This document shows positions 62,242 to 64,000 of a DNA stretch of 64,000 nucleotides, in pieces (positions within the stretch are counted from its first letter, which is position 1; every line of letters starts with the position of its first letter). Where the stretch lies: assembly GCA_000708835.1 (NCBI GenBank), contig DF237154.1, forward strand, positions 62,001-126,000, in the 5' to 3' direction. The position numbers were made by a program, and so were the translations under genes. The notes below the pieces were generated by a model, which worked only from the letters and a program-made list of their open reading frames with translations, was not told where the DNA came from and did not search any database. Origin of the DNA: Klebsormidium nitens. Taxonomy: Eukaryota; Plantae; Klebsormidiophyceae.

Positions 62242-63879
62242 ATGGCTGCTGTGAGCAGCATGGGGACGCGGCGCGTGCCGGGCGCACTCCCTCGCAACGT
62301 GGAGCGCCACTTCACGGTGCCCGGTATGCTGGAGGAGCGGACCGCCACGCTGCGCATGACAGAAGGGGGATCCCTCGAGGGCTTCCAGTCGCGGCTGGGC
62401 CTGGCAGACGGGCCGGCTTCTCCGGAGGCGACGGAATTGGGGGGATCCCTCAACCGGGGCACGTACAAGACCACGAACTCGGTATATGGGGAGACGTGGC
62501 GGGCGGGGAGTGGAGGAGCAGCGGAGATGGCGCCGCAGGTGAGCCTTAACAGGTGGACGGACTGATGGCAAAGTCAAGGAACCGTAACATGCAATGCGAG
62601 CAGTAAAGTCGGGGCTTGTTGCGAGATTGCGAGATGTCATGGAAAGTGCCCCGATGACAAGGTCGGGTAATGCTTGCTCACGGTGCTTGGTTTGCAGCAT
62701 CCGCAGTTGCAACAGCTTAGTCTCAGAGGAGTCCAGACAAAACGATGACGATGGCAAATTCCGTTGACATACACAGTCACCACTTAAAAGCTCTTGACAT
62801 TCACATCCTTGCATATTGAACGTAAATAGCGTCAGATTTTCCACGCTCGTCCATGCAACCAATATCCAATCAGGGCACAAAGCTGTTTCCAGGGGCGCAA
62901 CTCCTGAGGTCTCGTTTCACCTTGACAGACAATGTCTTTGGCAACCAGGCCAGGAGAGATTGTAGCAGCAGATCAAGGCACAGACGCGAATGATGGCAGG
63001 AGCATTGGCAAGCGACTCGTTGCGGACAAACAGTCGTGCTTTCTGCATCAGAGCTGCCCATCCAAGACGAAGCACTGCTGGCCAACGTGAGAAGCCCGCA
63101 TCTGGCTCAGGAACAAGAGTTCATCCCACCCAACCAACTTGCTGAAGTATCTTTTCTGCAGAGCGGCAAGGAGAACCTGGCTGGCGCCACCATTGGCCGC
63201 CCCATCACGGGGCGGGACGCCATCGAGCTCCCCCCCTCCAAGTACCCCCCCCCAACCTCGTTCCCTGCCTTCCCCAACAGCCCCACGAAGGCCCTGTCCG
63301 GCCAACTGTCACCGCAGGCCAGCAATGCGGGCAGGCCCGCGCAGCAGGGGCACACGACGCAGGGCAGCACGGACAAGGCCTCCAAGCGCTACGCACAGGT
63401 GGGCAGCGGGGGAGGTGCTCTTAATTGTTGCGGGACAGCTGGCCTTAACGACGGCTGCCCTGCATCTCTCATAGTCGCTCGACAAGAGTCGGACAGCTGC
63501 CCACTCAATTTCTGGATGGCCATTGACGTCTGAGGAATGCCGTGATCTACACCGGCACTTGTGAAACGGCAGGCACTCAAAGCTCACCTTGACTGGACTC
63601 TGTGTGAATCCAGAATCTTCGTGCGTTCTGAACGGAGTTGCGGCCTCCGGTAGGCAATCCTGTCTTTGCTTCTTTGGCGCAATTCTGTCATCCGACTCGA
63701 GTGCGCCAGCTGGCCGGGAGCCTGCCTGTGTGCGGCAGGTTAACTCAACGCTGACGGTGACGTGTGTGGTGCAGCCGCCTGTGCGCGAGTGGGAGGCGGC
63801 CCTGGAGCAGACGCTGGACGGGCTGGCGCCGCCGACGCGGTGCAACGGCTACGGCCAGGCACTCTCCAACAGAGCCAAG
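62242..63879 (+). CDS. Hypothetical protein, 5' portion (continues beyond the window)
   Basis: Exon-like ORF segments with GT donors: 62242-62538 (MAAVSSMGTRR..EMAPQ|gtgagc), about 63050-63399 (..DKASKRYAQ|gtgggc; possibly with a small internal intron) and 63739-63879 (VNSTLTVTCVVQPPVREWEAALEQTLDGL..NRAK|gtgggc). I recognise no domain. Confidence 0.55.
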
Positions 63880-64000
63880 GTGGGCCCGCCAGGGATCCCT
63901 CGCTCCTGTACATCCCCCTGCTTCACCCGGATGCAATTTTTACACGGAACAGAAGTCGAGCGCTTCCATCGCGCAGTTTGAACATGAGTCTGCAAGTGTC

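Noticed and set aside
1-64000. tRNA, rRNA, telomere arrays, transposase or reverse-transcriptase ORFs
   Set aside because: I recognised none by eye, and TTTAGGG-like motifs are only isolated. tRNAscan-SE, Infernal and RepeatMasker would be needed to exclude degenerate copies.

Overview
This is eukaryotic, intron-rich genomic DNA with GC-rich exons and GT-AG introns. The gene content (KAI2/D14-like hydrolase, RWA/CAS1 acetyltransferase, choline monooxygenase, GT92, bacterial-type hybrid histidine kinase) suggests a streptophyte alga such as Klebsormidium; that assignment is inference. I reconstructed eight spliced genes by hand: a full-length carnosine-synthase (CARNS1)-like double ATP-grasp ligase (+, ~118-11772), a stand-alone SET/post-SET methyltransferase (-, 13463-15878), a choline monooxygenase-like Rieske oxygenase (+, ~20219/21383-27430), a KAI2/D14-like alpha/beta-hydrolase with a ~157-aa insertion (+, 29462-33669), a membrane Cache-like/HAMP hybrid histidine kinase with two receivers (-, 35403-44181), an RWA O-acetyltransferase (+, ~47125-54371), a GT92/DUF23 glycosyltransferase with an apparent frameshift at a G11 run (-, 55596-61288), and the 5' part of an unknown gene (+, 62242 to the window end). 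There is an assembly gap at 28383-28521. The most striking item is the animal-type CARNS1 homologue sitting among plant-type genes. All homology calls come from my recollection of family motifs and sequences, not from database searches. I saw no rRNA, tRNA, CRISPR array or transposase.
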